Positions 16,939 through 26,277 of a stretch of DNA of 64,000 nt are shown in pieces; the first letter of the stretch is position 1; every line of letters begins with the position of its first letter. This stretch comes from Clostridia bacterium. Its GTDB lineage: Bacteria > Bacillota > Clostridia > Oscillospirales > CAG-272. A model generated the notes under the pieces. That model worked only from the letters and a program-made list of their open reading frames with translations. It was not told the origin of the DNA and made no database searches. The position numbers were made by a program, and so were the translations under genes. The stretch lies in the NCBI GenBank assembly GCA_017508665.1, contig JAFVYL010000015.1, positions 4,421-68,420 of the forward strand, read 5' to 3'.

Positions 16939-17421
16939 ATGGGAAAAGAACTATTTTGCCTTGAATGCGGAGCAAGAATAGAAGAAAGGCTATTACCGAG
17001 TGAAAATCGACATTGCTATGTATGTGGCAAAAATTCGCTTTTGGTAGAAAATTTGTCAAATTGGGTAAGCGTTAAGAATAAGAATGGCGAAAAGGCATTT
17101 TTCTATATACAATATGCCCCAAGATGTATTCCAAACACATGGGTAGAACTTGGTACTAATAAGGATGGCTACAACAGATTAGTTTCACTCCTTATACGTG
17201 ATCCGGAGGTAACAGTCATAAGAAATGATAAGAGCTGTGAAGAATTTGAATATATGCGAGATGGATATGGCTTTCACATTTCGTATATACCTTATGTAAG
17301 CGATTTGGTAGATCCTTGGTGGGATGGTGAACCATTTATTGAATTCACTTTCGTAAAAAAAGACAATCCAGCATTTCCTATATATTGGGACGAACTACAA
17401 AAACTCTATTTATTGTTGTGA
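16939..17421 (+). CDS. hypothetical protein with an N-terminal CxxC...CxxC zinc ribbon
   Basis: 160 aa beginning CLECGARIEERLLPSENRHCYVCG. It has its own consensus promoter, a GGAG RBS and a terminator. I recognise no family. Confidence 0.6.
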   Translation: MGKELFCLECGARIEERLLPSENRHCYVCGKNSLLVENLSNWVSVKNKNGEKAFFYIQYAPRCIPNTWVELGTNKDGYNRLVSLLIRDPEVTVIRNDKSCEEFEYMRDGYGFHISYIPYVSDLVDPWWDGEPFIEFTFVKKDNPAFPIYWDELQKLYLLL

Positions 17422-17457
17422 ACTGAACAATAGAATAAACTTAATATTTCGAACGCC

Positions 17458-17496
17458 AAGAGCGTCTACCTAAACGGTGGACGCTCTTTTCTTTTA
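17458..17496 (+). terminator. intrinsic terminator
   Basis: aagagcgtc ... gacgctctt followed by ttctttt. Confidence 0.7.
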
Positions 17497-17785
17497 CCTC
17501 CTATGAAAGTGAGGTGATTCATTGCAGAGAGCAAGTGTAGATTTTTTGTTTGAACGGAGATGCTATTTATAGTGATAATCTCGTTTATTTTTATATAACC
17601 GATGAAAAAATTGAGCAGAATAACGTTTCTGAGCTGCTTAAGAGGAGCAAATAATATCTTCACTATTATCTTTTCATACTTAATAACGCACTCACACGCC
17701 TTTTCTGTCTCGTGCATTAATCCGTAAAAGCGTTCAAGGTAACAGAAATATTTGATATCCCCCCTGATTTTTTTCGACAAAGCTA

Positions 17786-17814
17786 TTGATTTTTTTAAAA
17801 CTTTATGATATAAT
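17786..17814 (+). promoter_or_regulatory. promoter of the metK leader (TTGATT-17-TGaTATAAT)
   Basis: TTGATT at 17786-17791, a 17-nt spacer, TG at 17806-17807, and TATAAT at 17809-17814. Confidence 0.6.
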
Positions 17815-17835
17815 CTAACACGCAAATTAAATAGT

Positions 17836-17918
17836 GCTTATCAAGAGTGGTGGAGGGACCGGCCCTGTGAAACCCGGCAACCTGTTTTATACAAGGTGCT
17901 AATTCCTGACAGATGAGT
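17836..17918 (+). promoter_or_regulatory. SAM-I (S-box) riboswitch aptamer
   Basis: cttatcaagagtggtggagggaccggccctgtgaaacccggcaacc...aaggtgctaattcctgacagatgag matches the S-box core (P1 cttatc/gatgag, GGUGGAGGGA, CCCGGCAACC, GGUGCUAA). It lies upstream of metK. Confidence 0.9.
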
Positions 17919-18229
17919 TTGTTCTCACTTTGAGGGTAGCTCAACTTCAAAAAAGCTGAGCTACCCTCGAATGCTGTAAGGGGATAGGGGGATTTGGAAC
18001 GGAAATTTGCGTTATCCCTACCGTGAGGCGTACAAAATGTACGTCGAGGGAGGGAAACGCGAATAGAAAATGACTTTAATTTCACGGAGAAATTTACAAA
18101 ATTTCAACCTTATAATGCGTATTCTTAGCTCATTTTCGGATATAGAACGTTTTTGACGTTTTTTTAGTCATTTTCAGTTACGCCCCAATGCTCCAGCCCC
18201 TTTTGTTGATAAGCAGAAAGGACGATTAA

Positions 18230-19414
18230 ATGAAAAAGATTCTCTTTACGTCGGAGTCCGTGACCGAAGGTCATCCCGACAAAATATGTGACAAGATTTC
18301 CGATGCGATCCTTGACGAAATCCTCTCTCAGGATCCTATGAGCCGTGTTGCTTGTGAAACCTTTGCCACCACCGGTGTAATTACCGTTATGGGTGAGATA
18401 ACCACCAACGCAAAGTACGATGTACAGAAGATCGTACGCGAGACCGTTGGCGAGATCGGCTACGACAGAGCAAAGTACGGCTTTGACTGCACGACATGCG
18501 CAGTTCTTACCTCTATCCACGAGCAGAGCGCGGATATAGCTCTCGGTGTTGACAAGTGCCTTGAGGCTAAGGAAGGCGCGGCTACCGATGATCTCAATAC
18601 CGGTGCGGGTGACCAGGGACTTATGTTCGGTTACGCTTGCGATGAGACTCCCGAGCTTATGCCTCTTCCTATCTCTCTTGCACACAAGCTTGCAAAGAGA
18701 CTTACCGAGGTGAGAAAGAACGGTAAGCTCAACTATCTCCGTCCCGACGGAAAGACTCAGGTTACCGTTGAATACGTTGACGGTGTACCCACCAGAGTCG
18801 ACACTATCGTTATTTCCTCTCAGCATAGCGCTGAGATAGACTCCGCTACCATTCGCAAGGACATTATAGAGCAGGTTATCCTTCCTATCGTTCCCACCTC
18901 GCTCATGGATGGCAAGGTTAATATCTACGTTAACCCCACCGGTAGATTCGTTATCGGCGGACCTCAGGGTGACACAGGTCTTACCGGTAGAAAAATCATC
19001 GTTGATACATACGGCGGATATTCCAGACACGGCGGCGGCGCATTCTCCGGAAAGGATCCTACAAAGGTTGACAGAAGTGCATCCTATGCTGCAAGATACG
19101 TTGCTAAGAATATCGTAAAAGCAGGTCTTGCAAAGAAGTGTGAAGTACAGATAGCATACGCTATAGGAATTGCATCTCCCGTTTCCGTAATGATCGATAC
19201 CTTCGGTACTGCTATTTGCGACGAGGAGAAGATCTCCGCTGCGGTAAGCAAGCTTGTTGATCTTCGTCCTGCGGCTATCATCAATAAGTTTGATCTCAGA
19301 AAGCCTATTTACAAGAACCTTGCCGCATACGGTCATATGGGCCGCGAGGAGCTTGGTGTGAAGTGGGAAGAGTGTGATATCGCAGACAAACTCAGAGAGC
19401 TTTGCCTTAACTGA
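18230..19414 (+). CDS. metK: S-adenosylmethionine synthase
   Basis: [53 protein letters not shown]. Confidence 0.97.
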   Translation: MKKILFTSESVTEGHPDKICDKISDAILDEILSQDPMSRVACETFATTGVITVMGEITTNAKYDVQKIVRETVGEIGYDRAKYGFDCTTCAVLTSIHEQSADIALGVDKCLEAKEGAATDDLNTGAGDQGLMFGYACDETPELMPLPISLAHKLAKRLTEVRKNGKLNYLRPDGKTQVTVEYVDGVPTRVDTIVISSQHSAEIDSATIRKDIIEQVILPIVPTSLMDGKVNIYVNPTGRFVIGGPQGDTGLTGRKIIVDTYGGYSRHGGGAFSGKDPTKVDRSASYAARYVAKNIVKAGLAKKCEVQIAYAIGIASPVSVMIDTFGTAICDEEKISAAVSKLVDLRPAAIINKFDLRKPIYKNLAAYGHMGREELGVKWEECDIADKLRELCLN

Positions 19415-19431
19415 TTCATATGAAGATGTAT

Positions 19432-19469
19432 GGAGATGACGTTTAAAAGAACGTCATCTTCTTTTTTAT
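19432..19469 (+). terminator. intrinsic terminator after metK
   Basis: ggagatgacgtt-taaaag-aacgtcatcttc followed by ttttttatt. Confidence 0.8.
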
Positions 19470-19479
19470 TCAAAACCAC

Positions 19480-19508
19480 TTGAAAAAGATCGAATCAGGT
19501 GCTATAAT
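19480..19508 (+). promoter_or_regulatory. promoter (TTGAAA-17-TGcTATAAT)
   Basis: TTGAAA at 19480-19485, a 17-nt spacer, TG at 19500-19501, and TATAAT at 19503-19508. Confidence 0.55.
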
Positions 19509-19552
19509 ATATATCGGTACTGCGCGTACACAAAATATTTACGGAGGTAGTC

Positions 19553-21760
19553 GTGGAAGGACTCAGCTTAATGGATAAGATCAGCGGCGTCGTGGAAAAC
19601 ATCGTTTATAAGAACGAGAGCAACGACTATACCGTTTTTGAGATAGTGGATGCGGATAACCGTCTTATTACCGCTGTGGGTATTATTCCTATGGTCAGCG
19701 AGGGAGAGAACGTGGAGCTTGAGGGACAGTGGACGTACCACAAGGAGTTCGGAAAGCAGTTTTCCTTTGTAAGCTATGAGAAGTCGTTGCCAAAGGAGAT
19801 AGACGGTATTATTCAGTACCTATCCGGCAAGATGATAAAGGGCGTAGGCCCGATAACCGCAGTCAAGATAGCCAACAGATTCGGTATGGATACCTTCGAT
19901 GTTATTGAAAATCATCCCGAGTGGCTTACCGACATTTCGGGTATAACAAGAAAAAAGGCTATAGCTATATCTGAGTCCTTCAGAGCGCAGTCTGAGCTTC
20001 GCGGTGTTATGATGTTCTTCAAGGATTATATGGGCACCGGTGAAATAACCAGAGTGTACAAACAGCTCGGTGCGTCTGCTGTAGGGACGGTAAAGGATAA
20101 TCCTTATATTCTTTGTAACGGAGATTACGGTATATCTTTCGAGAAGGCTGACACTATGGCGGCATCATTCGGTTTTGCTCCGGATTCTGCTGTAAGAATA
20201 ATAAGCGGTATAAGATACGTGCTTGGCTATAATGCATCGACAAACGGACATACTTGTCTCCCTAAGGATAAGCTTATATCTGCGGCGGCAGGACTTCTCT
20301 CCATAAGTGAAGAAGACGTAGCGGCTAAAATAGACGGCTTTATTGAGGCTGGAGAGATATTCTCATATAAAGACTCGGAATCCGAGCTTATAATGACCCC
20401 GAACGTTAATTACAGTGAAGAATATATAGCCAAGAAGCTTCGCTCACTCTCACGCGAGGTGATACAGCTTTCCTCGATGGACATATCCTCACTTATACAA
20501 AAGGTTGAGACGAGGATAGGCGTCAGATATGCAGATAAGCAGCGTGAGGCAATCTTCAGATGTATGAACGGCGGAGTTACTATCATAACCGGAGGACCCG
20601 GAACGGGTAAAACCACGGTGGTGAAGGGAATTATATCGATATTCAACGATCTCGACCTTAAGACTGCATTGGCAGCACCTACAGGACGTGCGGCAAAGCG
20701 TATGAGCGAGGCCACGGGTGAAGAGGCAAAGACAATACACAGACTTCTTGAGATGGAGCGCGGCGAGGGGGACGAGATCAAATTCAACAGGAATTCCCGA
20801 AATCCTCTCGATGAGAAGGTTATCATAGTAGACGAGGCCTCTATGATCGATCTCTCGCTTATGTACGCGCTTACACAGGCACTTAAACGCGGCGCGCGTC
20901 TTATTCTTATCGGTGATGCAGATCAGCTTCCCAGCGTAGGTGCAGGAAATGTTCTTGACGATCTTATCGCTTCCGGAGCTATTGATACCGTCAGACTGAC
21001 AGAAATATTCCGTCAGTCAAAGGAGAGCCTTATCGTTACCAATGCGCATAAGGTAAATAACGGTGAATCACCGATCCTGAACGTTACGGACAATGATTTC
21101 TTTTTTGTAAGGCGAGAGAATGAAAGAGATATATCCGATACGGTTGCAGATCTAATAATGCAGCGATTACCTAAAACCTACGGAACTGCAATAAAGGATA
21201 AGATACAGGTCATATCCCCCTCAAAGCGTGGTGCGGGCGGCGTGGAGCTGCTTAATAGCGCTCTGCAGGAGAGAATTAATCCAAAGGCTACCTTCAAAAA
21301 GGAAAAGGCATCTCACGGAGTCATATTCCGAGAGGGAGACCGCGTAATGCAGACTGTGAACAACTACGATATTGAGTGGGAGAAGAACGGTCTTTCCGGA
21401 TTCGGTATATTTAACGGAGATATCGGAGTGATCGAAAGCATAGATCTAAAGCGAGAGACTATCGACATATGGTTTGACGATAGATTTGTCAGATATGATT
21501 TCGAAAATCTTGATCAGCTTGAGTTGTCATATGCTATCACGGTGCATAAAAGTCAGGGAAGCGAGTATCCGGTAGTAATAATACCGATGTATTCCTGTCC
21601 TCCGATGCTTATGACGAGAAATCTTCTGTATACCGCGGTGACCAGGGCAAAGAAAATGGTCATACTTGTTGGCAGGAGCGATATACCCGATAAAATGGTC
21701 AGAAATAACAGAGAGGTTCTGAGATATACCACTTTGGCCTCAAGACTTAAAGACCATTAA
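19553..21760 (+). CDS. recD2: RecD2-like SF1 ATP-dependent DNA helicase
   Basis: 735 aa. Walker A GGPGTGKTT, IVDEASM, GDADQLPSVGAGNVL, and C-terminal AITVHKSQGSEYP. GTG at 19553 follows GGAGG; ATG at 19571 is an alternative start. Confidence 0.85.
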   Translation: MEGLSLMDKISGVVENIVYKNESNDYTVFEIVDADNRLITAVGIIPMVSEGENVELEGQWTYHKEFGKQFSFVSYEKSLPKEIDGIIQYLSGKMIKGVGPITAVKIANRFGMDTFDVIENHPEWLTDISGITRKKAIAISESFRAQSELRGVMMFFKDYMGTGEITRVYKQLGASAVGTVKDNPYILCNGDYGISFEKADTMAASFGFAPDSAVRIISGIRYVLGYNASTNGHTCLPKDKLISAAAGLLSISEEDVAAKIDGFIEAGEIFSYKDSESELIMTPNVNYSEEYIAKKLRSLSREVIQLSSMDISSLIQKVETRIGVRYADKQREAIFRCMNGGVTIITGGPGTGKTTVVKGIISIFNDLDLKTALAAPTGRAAKRMSEATGEEAKTIHRLLEMERGEGDEIKFNRNSRNPLDEKVIIVDEASMIDLSLMYALTQALKRGARLILIGDADQLPSVGAGNVLDDLIASGAIDTVRLTEIFRQSKESLIVTNAHKVNNGESPILNVTDNDFFFVRRENERDISDTVADLIMQRLPKTYGTAIKDKIQVISPSKRGAGGVELLNSALQERINPKATFKKEKASHGVIFREGDRVMQTVNNYDIEWEKNGLSGFGIFNGDIGVIESIDLKRETIDIWFDDRFVRYDFENLDQLELSYAITVHKSQGSEYPVVIIPMYSCPPMLMTRNLLYTAVTRAKKMVILVGRSDIPDKMVRNNREVLRYTTLASRLKDH

Positions 21761-21788
21761 TTTTATTTTTATTTTATTTAAAATTCAC

Positions 21789-21817
21789 TTGCAATTCATC
21801 GCAAGATATGATACAAT
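21789..21817 (+). promoter_or_regulatory. promoter (TTGCAA-17-TGaTACAAT)
   Basis: TTGCAA at 21789-21794, a 17-nt spacer, TG at 21809-21810, and TACAAT at 21812-21817. Confidence 0.5.
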
Positions 21818-21907
21818 TATTTTGATATAGTGTTTTTGATCGTAAACATGTCTGTTGACTCTTATAATTAAACTCATTATTTGACTACACTTGGAAAGGA
21901 GAAATGC

Positions 21908-22951
21908 ATGGTAACTAAAATTGGACTTGACCTCGGATATGCCAACATAACACTTAGCGACGTTATGGCTGAAATTTACCGAGAGCCCTCAGTTGCATTG
22001 ATATATAAGAATGCAAGACCCGATGCTCGCCGTGTCATTTCTGTCGGTGAAGAGGCAGTCAATTCGGATGGAGAGGCTATAGGCGGAGCAGACGGTATAT
22101 TAGTAAGACCGTTCAAAAACGGATTGCTGTTTGATCAGCAGCTTACTCAGGAGATTATAAACAATGCGATAAAGGCGGTAAAGCCTGCAGAGAATATCCG
22201 TTGTATCGTAGGTATTCCGTCTGATTTTCTCCCTAAGCAGGAGAAGGAGCTCTTCTCGATGCTCTCTGAAGCAGGTGTTGATACCTCACTCTCTGTAGTA
22301 AGATCGGTTGCCGCAATAATAGGTGCGGGTTATTCTCCGTCTATCAGCGTTATTTCCGTCAATGTCGGAGCTCAGAGCACCGAGGTGGCGGTTATGCATA
22401 AGGGTGAGATAATTTATCTTTCCAAGAGTGCTATCGGCGGTGAGGACTTTGATAAGGCGGTTAAGGATTACATACTGAAGCAGGGGGACGTAAATATATC
22501 ACTGCAGGTAGCAAGAGCCATTAAGGAGAGACTTGGCGCTGTATGGAAAGGCAAGCCCAATGACAGCATAGACATTGAGGGTACTCTTTCTCTTACGGGC
22601 AACAGACTTAGAATGAGCGTTGCTACAGAAGATATAGTCGGTGTATTTGAGCCACCGCTTAAGGAACTCATAGATGCTATTGTTGATGCAGTTAAGAGGA
22701 TACCGGCTGATATGTGTGCTGACATAGTTGAAAACGGTATTGTATTAACCGGCGGCGGAGCGGAGCTTTACGGAATAGAGGTGCTTCTCTCTAAGGTTCT
22801 CGGACTTCCTGTGACTAAGCCTCAGGGCGCTATAGACTGTGTAGCTAAGGGACTTTCCAGAATCAACGGATTCCTGCCTGCGAACCTGAAGCTTAACAAT
22901 AAAAATATAACAAATCAGATTTCTAAATATTACGAAGGTAGTAAAAAATAA
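21908..22951 (+). CDS. divergent MreB-like actin-fold protein
   Basis: Collinear with MreB: IGLDLGYANI (phosphate-1), VNVGAQSTEVAV (phosphate-2, degenerate), IVLTGGGAELYG (adenosine motif). ATG at 21908 follows GAAAGGAG. Confidence 0.75.
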   Translation: MVTKIGLDLGYANITLSDVMAEIYREPSVALIYKNARPDARRVISVGEEAVNSDGEAIGGADGILVRPFKNGLLFDQQLTQEIINNAIKAVKPAENIRCIVGIPSDFLPKQEKELFSMLSEAGVDTSLSVVRSVAAIIGAGYSPSISVISVNVGAQSTEVAVMHKGEIIYLSKSAIGGEDFDKAVKDYILKQGDVNISLQVARAIKERLGAVWKGKPNDSIDIEGTLSLTGNRLRMSVATEDIVGVFEPPLKELIDAIVDAVKRIPADMCADIVENGIVLTGGGAELYGIEVLLSKVLGLPVTKPQGAIDCVAKGLSRINGFLPANLKLNNKNITNQISKYYEGSKK

Positions 22952-22967
22952 TTGTGAGGGAAGAGTA

Positions 22968-23084
22968 ATGAAGAATAAAAAAGTTGCTATGAGAATAATG
23001 GCTGCAATCGTGGTTGCGCTTATGGTATTCGGTGTTGTTGCCGGTACACTCATTTACTTTATTCAGCAGGGTCACGTTCATTAA
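22968..23084 (+). CDS. 38-aa single-pass membrane micro-protein
   Basis: Not in the ORF track (under 60 aa). Manual translation: MKNKKVAMRIMAAIVVALMVFGVVAGTLIYFIQQGHVH. GAGGGAAGAG RBS. It starts 17 nt after the MreB-like stop and precedes the operon terminator. Confidence 0.5.
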   Translation: MKNKKVAMRIMAAIVVALMVFGVVAGTLIYFIQQGHVH

Positions 23085-23100
23085 TTAAGAGCAGGGAACT

Positions 23101-23122
23101 TACTGTTTTTTGAGAGTAAAAA
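23101..23122 (+). repeat. 22-nt direct repeat, copy A (tactgttttttgagagtaaaaa)
   Basis: 20/22 identical to copy B at 23691-23712. Confidence 0.6.
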
Positions 23123-23134
23123 AACATTTTAAAT

Positions 23135-23183
23135 AACGGGTTATCGGTATCCGATTTTAGGATCGATAACCCGTTGTTTTTTT
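23135..23183 (+). terminator. intrinsic terminator of the MreB-like operon
   Basis: aacgggttatcg ... cgataacccgtt followed by gttttttt. Confidence 0.8.
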
Positions 23184-23615
23184 ACGCCCTTAAACCCCTT
23201 TTTATAAAAATACACTTTTCCGTATACACAAAAAACAATGTTTAAAGATGTGGATAACCTTTTCCGAAACGTTTTAAAATGTTGAAAACTCCCGGCAGAA
23301 AAACTACACAATTCCGTTATCGAGCGCCAAAAATCGCATTTTCGGGGGTTTTTATCGCATTTTTTGGCCGTTTTTATGTTGAAAACACAGAACGGAAATG
23401 TATATAGGACTTTTTTGAGAGCGTTTTTACGGCAACGGAAAAATGTAGTCACTGTTGATAACTCGAAACTTATAAACATTTGCTTCTCATGCAAAAGTAT
23501 CGATACGGATTTTTATAAAGACAAAAAAATATGCGATTTGGACCGTGAGTAACGTTAGTTTTTTATTGGCTGAAGCAGTGTGATAAATGCAAATTCCGAC
23601 TCCTTTTTACATCAT

Positions 23616-23663
23616 AAAAAAACGAGCAGAAATCAAGGAAAAATCGACCTTGAATTCTGCTCG
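23616..23663 (-). terminator. intrinsic terminator of ftsZ
   Basis: Minus strand reads cgagcagaattcaagg ... ccttgatttctgctcg followed by ttttttt. Confidence 0.8.
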
Positions 23664-23690
23664 TTTATTGTATTTTCACTTCGTTCTTGT

Positions 23691-23712
23691 TACTCTGTTT
23701 TGAGAGTAAAAA
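23691..23712 (+). repeat. 22-nt direct repeat, copy B (tactctgttttgagagtaaaaa)
   Basis: 20/22 identical to copy A at 23101-23122. Confidence 0.6.
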
Positions 23713-23736
23713 TCTATGCGATTTTATGAGGAATAA

Positions 23737-24966
23737 TTATCTCTTGTTCTTCTTAAGAAATACGAAATCATCGTCGTACTGACCCATGAAGGCGAGGATG
23801 TCGTCACCCTTCTTAAGACCGTCCTTGAGAGACTTTTCGGGTGCGGGAGCGGGTTCTTTGTGCTCAACTACAGGAGTGGGTTCTACAACCTCAGGCTGCT
23901 CCTCAACTACTACGGGCTGAACGGGTGTCTTAACCTCGACAGGCTCGGTTACTACAGGCTTTCTCTGTATGGGAGCGTCGTTAGTCTTTGCATTGTTGTC
24001 GATGAAGCCTGTAGCGATAATGGTCACCTTAATTTCATCAACAAGGGTAGGATCGAATGCCGCGCCCCAGATAATAGTTGCATCGGGATGAGCCTCCTCG
24101 TGAATCATCTGAGAAGCGATCTCAACTTCGTCGAGCTGAATATCTTCGGAAGCAGTGATACTTACAAGAACACCGGTAGCACCTGCGATGCTGGTCTCAA
24201 GAAGGGGAGATGAGATAGCGGCCATAGCGGCAAGCTGAGCCTTATCAGATCCTTTTGCTTTACCTACGCCCATATGCGCGTAGCCTGCATTCTTCATGAT
24301 GGTGGTAACGTCAGCGAAGTCGAGGTTAACGAATCCGGGAACGTTTATAAGCTCGGAAACTGACTGCACACCTCTGCGGAGAACGTCGTCAGCAATCTCA
24401 AAAGCATTTGCGAGGGTGATGTTTGTATCTTCAACTTGCTTAAGTCTTTCGTTGGGAATTACGATGAGAGAGTCAACGTACTTGGAGAGCTCAGCAATAC
24501 CTGCTTCTGCCTGCTGCATTCTTTTTGCACCCTCAAATCTGAAGGGCTTGGTAACGATACCAACGGTAAGTATGCCCATCTCTTTTGCTGCCTTCGCAAC
24601 TACGGGAGCAGCACCTGTACCTGTTCCGCCACCCATACCGGCGGTAATGAATACCATATGAGCGCCGTCAAGCAGAGCACGGATATCCTCGATGGACTCC
24701 TCGGCACTCTTCTTGCCGACTTCGGGATTTGCGCCTGCACCTTTACCTCTGGTTACCTTATCACCAATGATAAGCTTCTTTGCTGCGCAAGAGCTGTCGA
24801 GCACCTGGCTGTCAGTATTTATTGCTACGAATTCAACGCCGCGAATATTGGTAGAAATCATACGGTTAACCGCATTATTTCCGCCGCCGCCTACGCCGAT
24901 TACCTTTATAGAAACGCCACTGTCATATACCTGTTCAAAATCGAATTCCATTTTGCTGTCAAACAT
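23737..24966 (-). CDS. ftsZ: cell division protein FtsZ
   Basis: [17 protein letters not shown] and [13 protein letters not shown], then a Pro/Val/Glu-rich linker and a conserved C-terminal peptide. ATG at 24966 follows GGAGGAATG; the longer ORF to 25065 is rejected. Confidence 0.95.
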   Translation of the reverse strand: MFDSKMEFDFEQVYDSGVSIKVIGVGGGGNNAVNRMISTNIRGVEFVAINTDSQVLDSSCAAKKLIIGDKVTRGKGAGANPEVGKKSAEESIEDIRALLDGAHMVFITAGMGGGTGTGAAPVVAKAAKEMGILTVGIVTKPFRFEGAKRMQQAEAGIAELSKYVDSLIVIPNERLKQVEDTNITLANAFEIADDVLRRGVQSVSELINVPGFVNLDFADVTTIMKNAGYAHMGVGKAKGSDKAQLAAMAAISSPLLETSIAGATGVLVSITASEDIQLDEVEIASQMIHEEAHPDATIIWGAAFDPTLVDEIKVTIIATGFIDNNAKTNDAPIQRKPVVTEPVEVKTPVQPVVVEEQPEVVEPTPVVEHKEPAPAPEKSLKDGLKKGDDILAFMGQYDDDFVFLKKNKR

Positions 24967-25036
24967 TTTATCATTCCTCCATAGTTTTATATTGAAAAGG
25001 CGATTTTTTCGCCGTATGTTCGTGTTTACACACAAT

Positions 25037-25065
25037 ATTATACATACATACGCGCGTGAATGCAA
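25037..25065 (-). promoter_or_regulatory. ftsZ-proximal promoter (TTGCAT-17-TATAAT)
   Basis: Minus strand has TTGCAT at 25065-25060, a 17-nt spacer, and TATAAT at 25042-25037, with TG immediately upstream. Confidence 0.5.
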
Positions 25066-25163
25066 TATTTAATTTATAAATTTTTTAAAATTTACAATTT
25101 ATAATTATTTTAGGTGTATAATTCGCGGCAGAAATGTTAATTAATGTAGACATTTTGGGCTAT

Positions 25164-26270
25164 TTATCGAATTGTCAGTTTTTTTATTGCGTTTACTGTT
25201 AAAAGTTCTGTGTCGGTAGGAGATGCAGCTCTCGCACACTCCGACATGTGCTTTATTCTGGACGGATCTGATATCAGACTCATTATCTCATTACGCAATC
25301 TTTCTACACTCATATCCTTCTCCTCAATGAGTATTGAAGCGCCGATTTTTTGCATATAATCTGCATTAACGTATTGATGATTTGCGGTTACATTCGGTGA
25401 GGGTATAAGGATCGAGGGCGTTCCGCACCGCAACAGTTCGGATACTGTCATCGCACCGCTTCTGGTTATGGCTAAATCCGCTGCGCTCAAAAACAAAGGC
25501 ATATCGTCTATATAAGGGACGACCTTGATATTTCGCCATTTCTCAAACAATTCCGGATATTTATCTTTTACTTTTTCAAAGTATATCTTTCCTGTAGCGT
25601 GTATGTGATATATGCTTTTGTTGTTTGAGGCATATCTGTACATAAACCCTATAACAGCTTCGTTGATCATCTCTGCACCGAGACTGCCCCCAAAGGACAA
25701 TATCAGCTTTTGGCCATCGGGAATACGAAGCCTTTGCCTAGCTTCACTTTTTGTAATTGCCGAGAACCCCGATCGCGTGGGATTTCCTACAACAGAGATG
25801 TTTGATGTTTTTCGCAGATAGGATTTTGTTCCCTCAAGATTTAAAAGTAATTGGTCACACCTGCCGCCTAATAAACGCGTAACCAAACCGGGAGATACGT
25901 TTGACTCATGTATTACGGTTTTGATTTTCATGCGTTGTCCCTGCCGTATAAATGGGTAACACACGTATCCGCCTGTGCCTATAATAATGTCGGGATTGAA
26001 ATTTGAGATGATACTTCTTGCATTTCTGCCTGATTTTATCAGTTTAAAAAACGTTTTTGCATTGTTTAAGCTTATGGAACGGCTCAATCCCTTGATGTCT
26101 ATGGTATATAAACGGTGCTTTGTTTTAGAATACGCTTCATTTTCTCCTCCGCCTTCCCGTCCCGCAAAGGCTATCGTTGCACCGGGGAAGTTTTTCTCTA
26201 TTATTTCACCGATCGCGATCGCAGGCATTACATGTCCTGCTGTACCGCCACCGCATAAAAGTACTCTCAT
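25164..26270 (-). CDS. murG: UDP-N-acetylglucosamine--N-acetylmuramyl-(pentapeptide) pyrophosphoryl-undecaprenol GlcNAc transferase
   Basis: MRVLLCGGGTAGHVMPAIAI N-terminus, ...SRSGAMTVSEL, and its dcw position. Confidence 0.9.
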   Translation of the reverse strand: MRVLLCGGGTAGHVMPAIAIGEIIEKNFPGATIAFAGREGGGENEAYSKTKHRLYTIDIKGLSRSISLNNAKTFFKLIKSGRNARSIISNFNPDIIIGTGGYVCYPFIRQGQRMKIKTVIHESNVSPGLVTRLLGGRCDQLLLNLEGTKSYLRKTSNISVVGNPTRSGFSAITKSEARQRLRIPDGQKLILSFGGSLGAEMINEAVIGFMYRYASNNKSIYHIHATGKIYFEKVKDKYPELFEKWRNIKVVPYIDDMPLFLSAADLAITRSGAMTVSELLRCGTPSILIPSPNVTANHQYVNADYMQKIGASILIEEKDMSVERLRNEIMSLISDPSRIKHMSECARAASPTDTELLTVNAIKKLTIR

Positions 26271-26277
26271 TTATACC

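Noticed and set aside
17932-17968. The 12-bp perfect hairpin as the SAM riboswitch terminator
   Set aside because: It has no U-tract on either strand, so it cannot be called an intrinsic terminator. It is reported as an open question instead.
17466-18085. Two minus-strand ORFs (119 aa and 96 aa) in the orphan-gene/metK spacer
   Set aside because: They overlap the plus-strand terminator, the promoter and the SAM-I aptamer. The first begins with TTG and has no RBS. Their composition is simply that of AT-rich non-coding DNA. A decayed gene remnant cannot be excluded.
18164-19336. 390-aa ORF antisense to metK
   Set aside because: It lies entirely opposite a gene with unmistakable MetK signatures. 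The translation is low-complexity with no RBS or family resemblance, so it is a typical shadow ORF.
23249-23257. A perfect DnaA box (tgtggataa), which raised the possibility of a replication origin
   Set aside because: There is only one perfect box, no dnaA or dnaN nearby, and no clustered boxes or clear DNA-unwinding element. A single 9-mer can occur by chance.
23141-23494. 117-aa minus-strand ORF in the spacer downstream of ftsZ
   Set aside because: It runs through the plus-strand terminator and the repeat-rich non-coding region. It has no RBS and a Lys/Phe-rich translation typical of AT-rich DNA.
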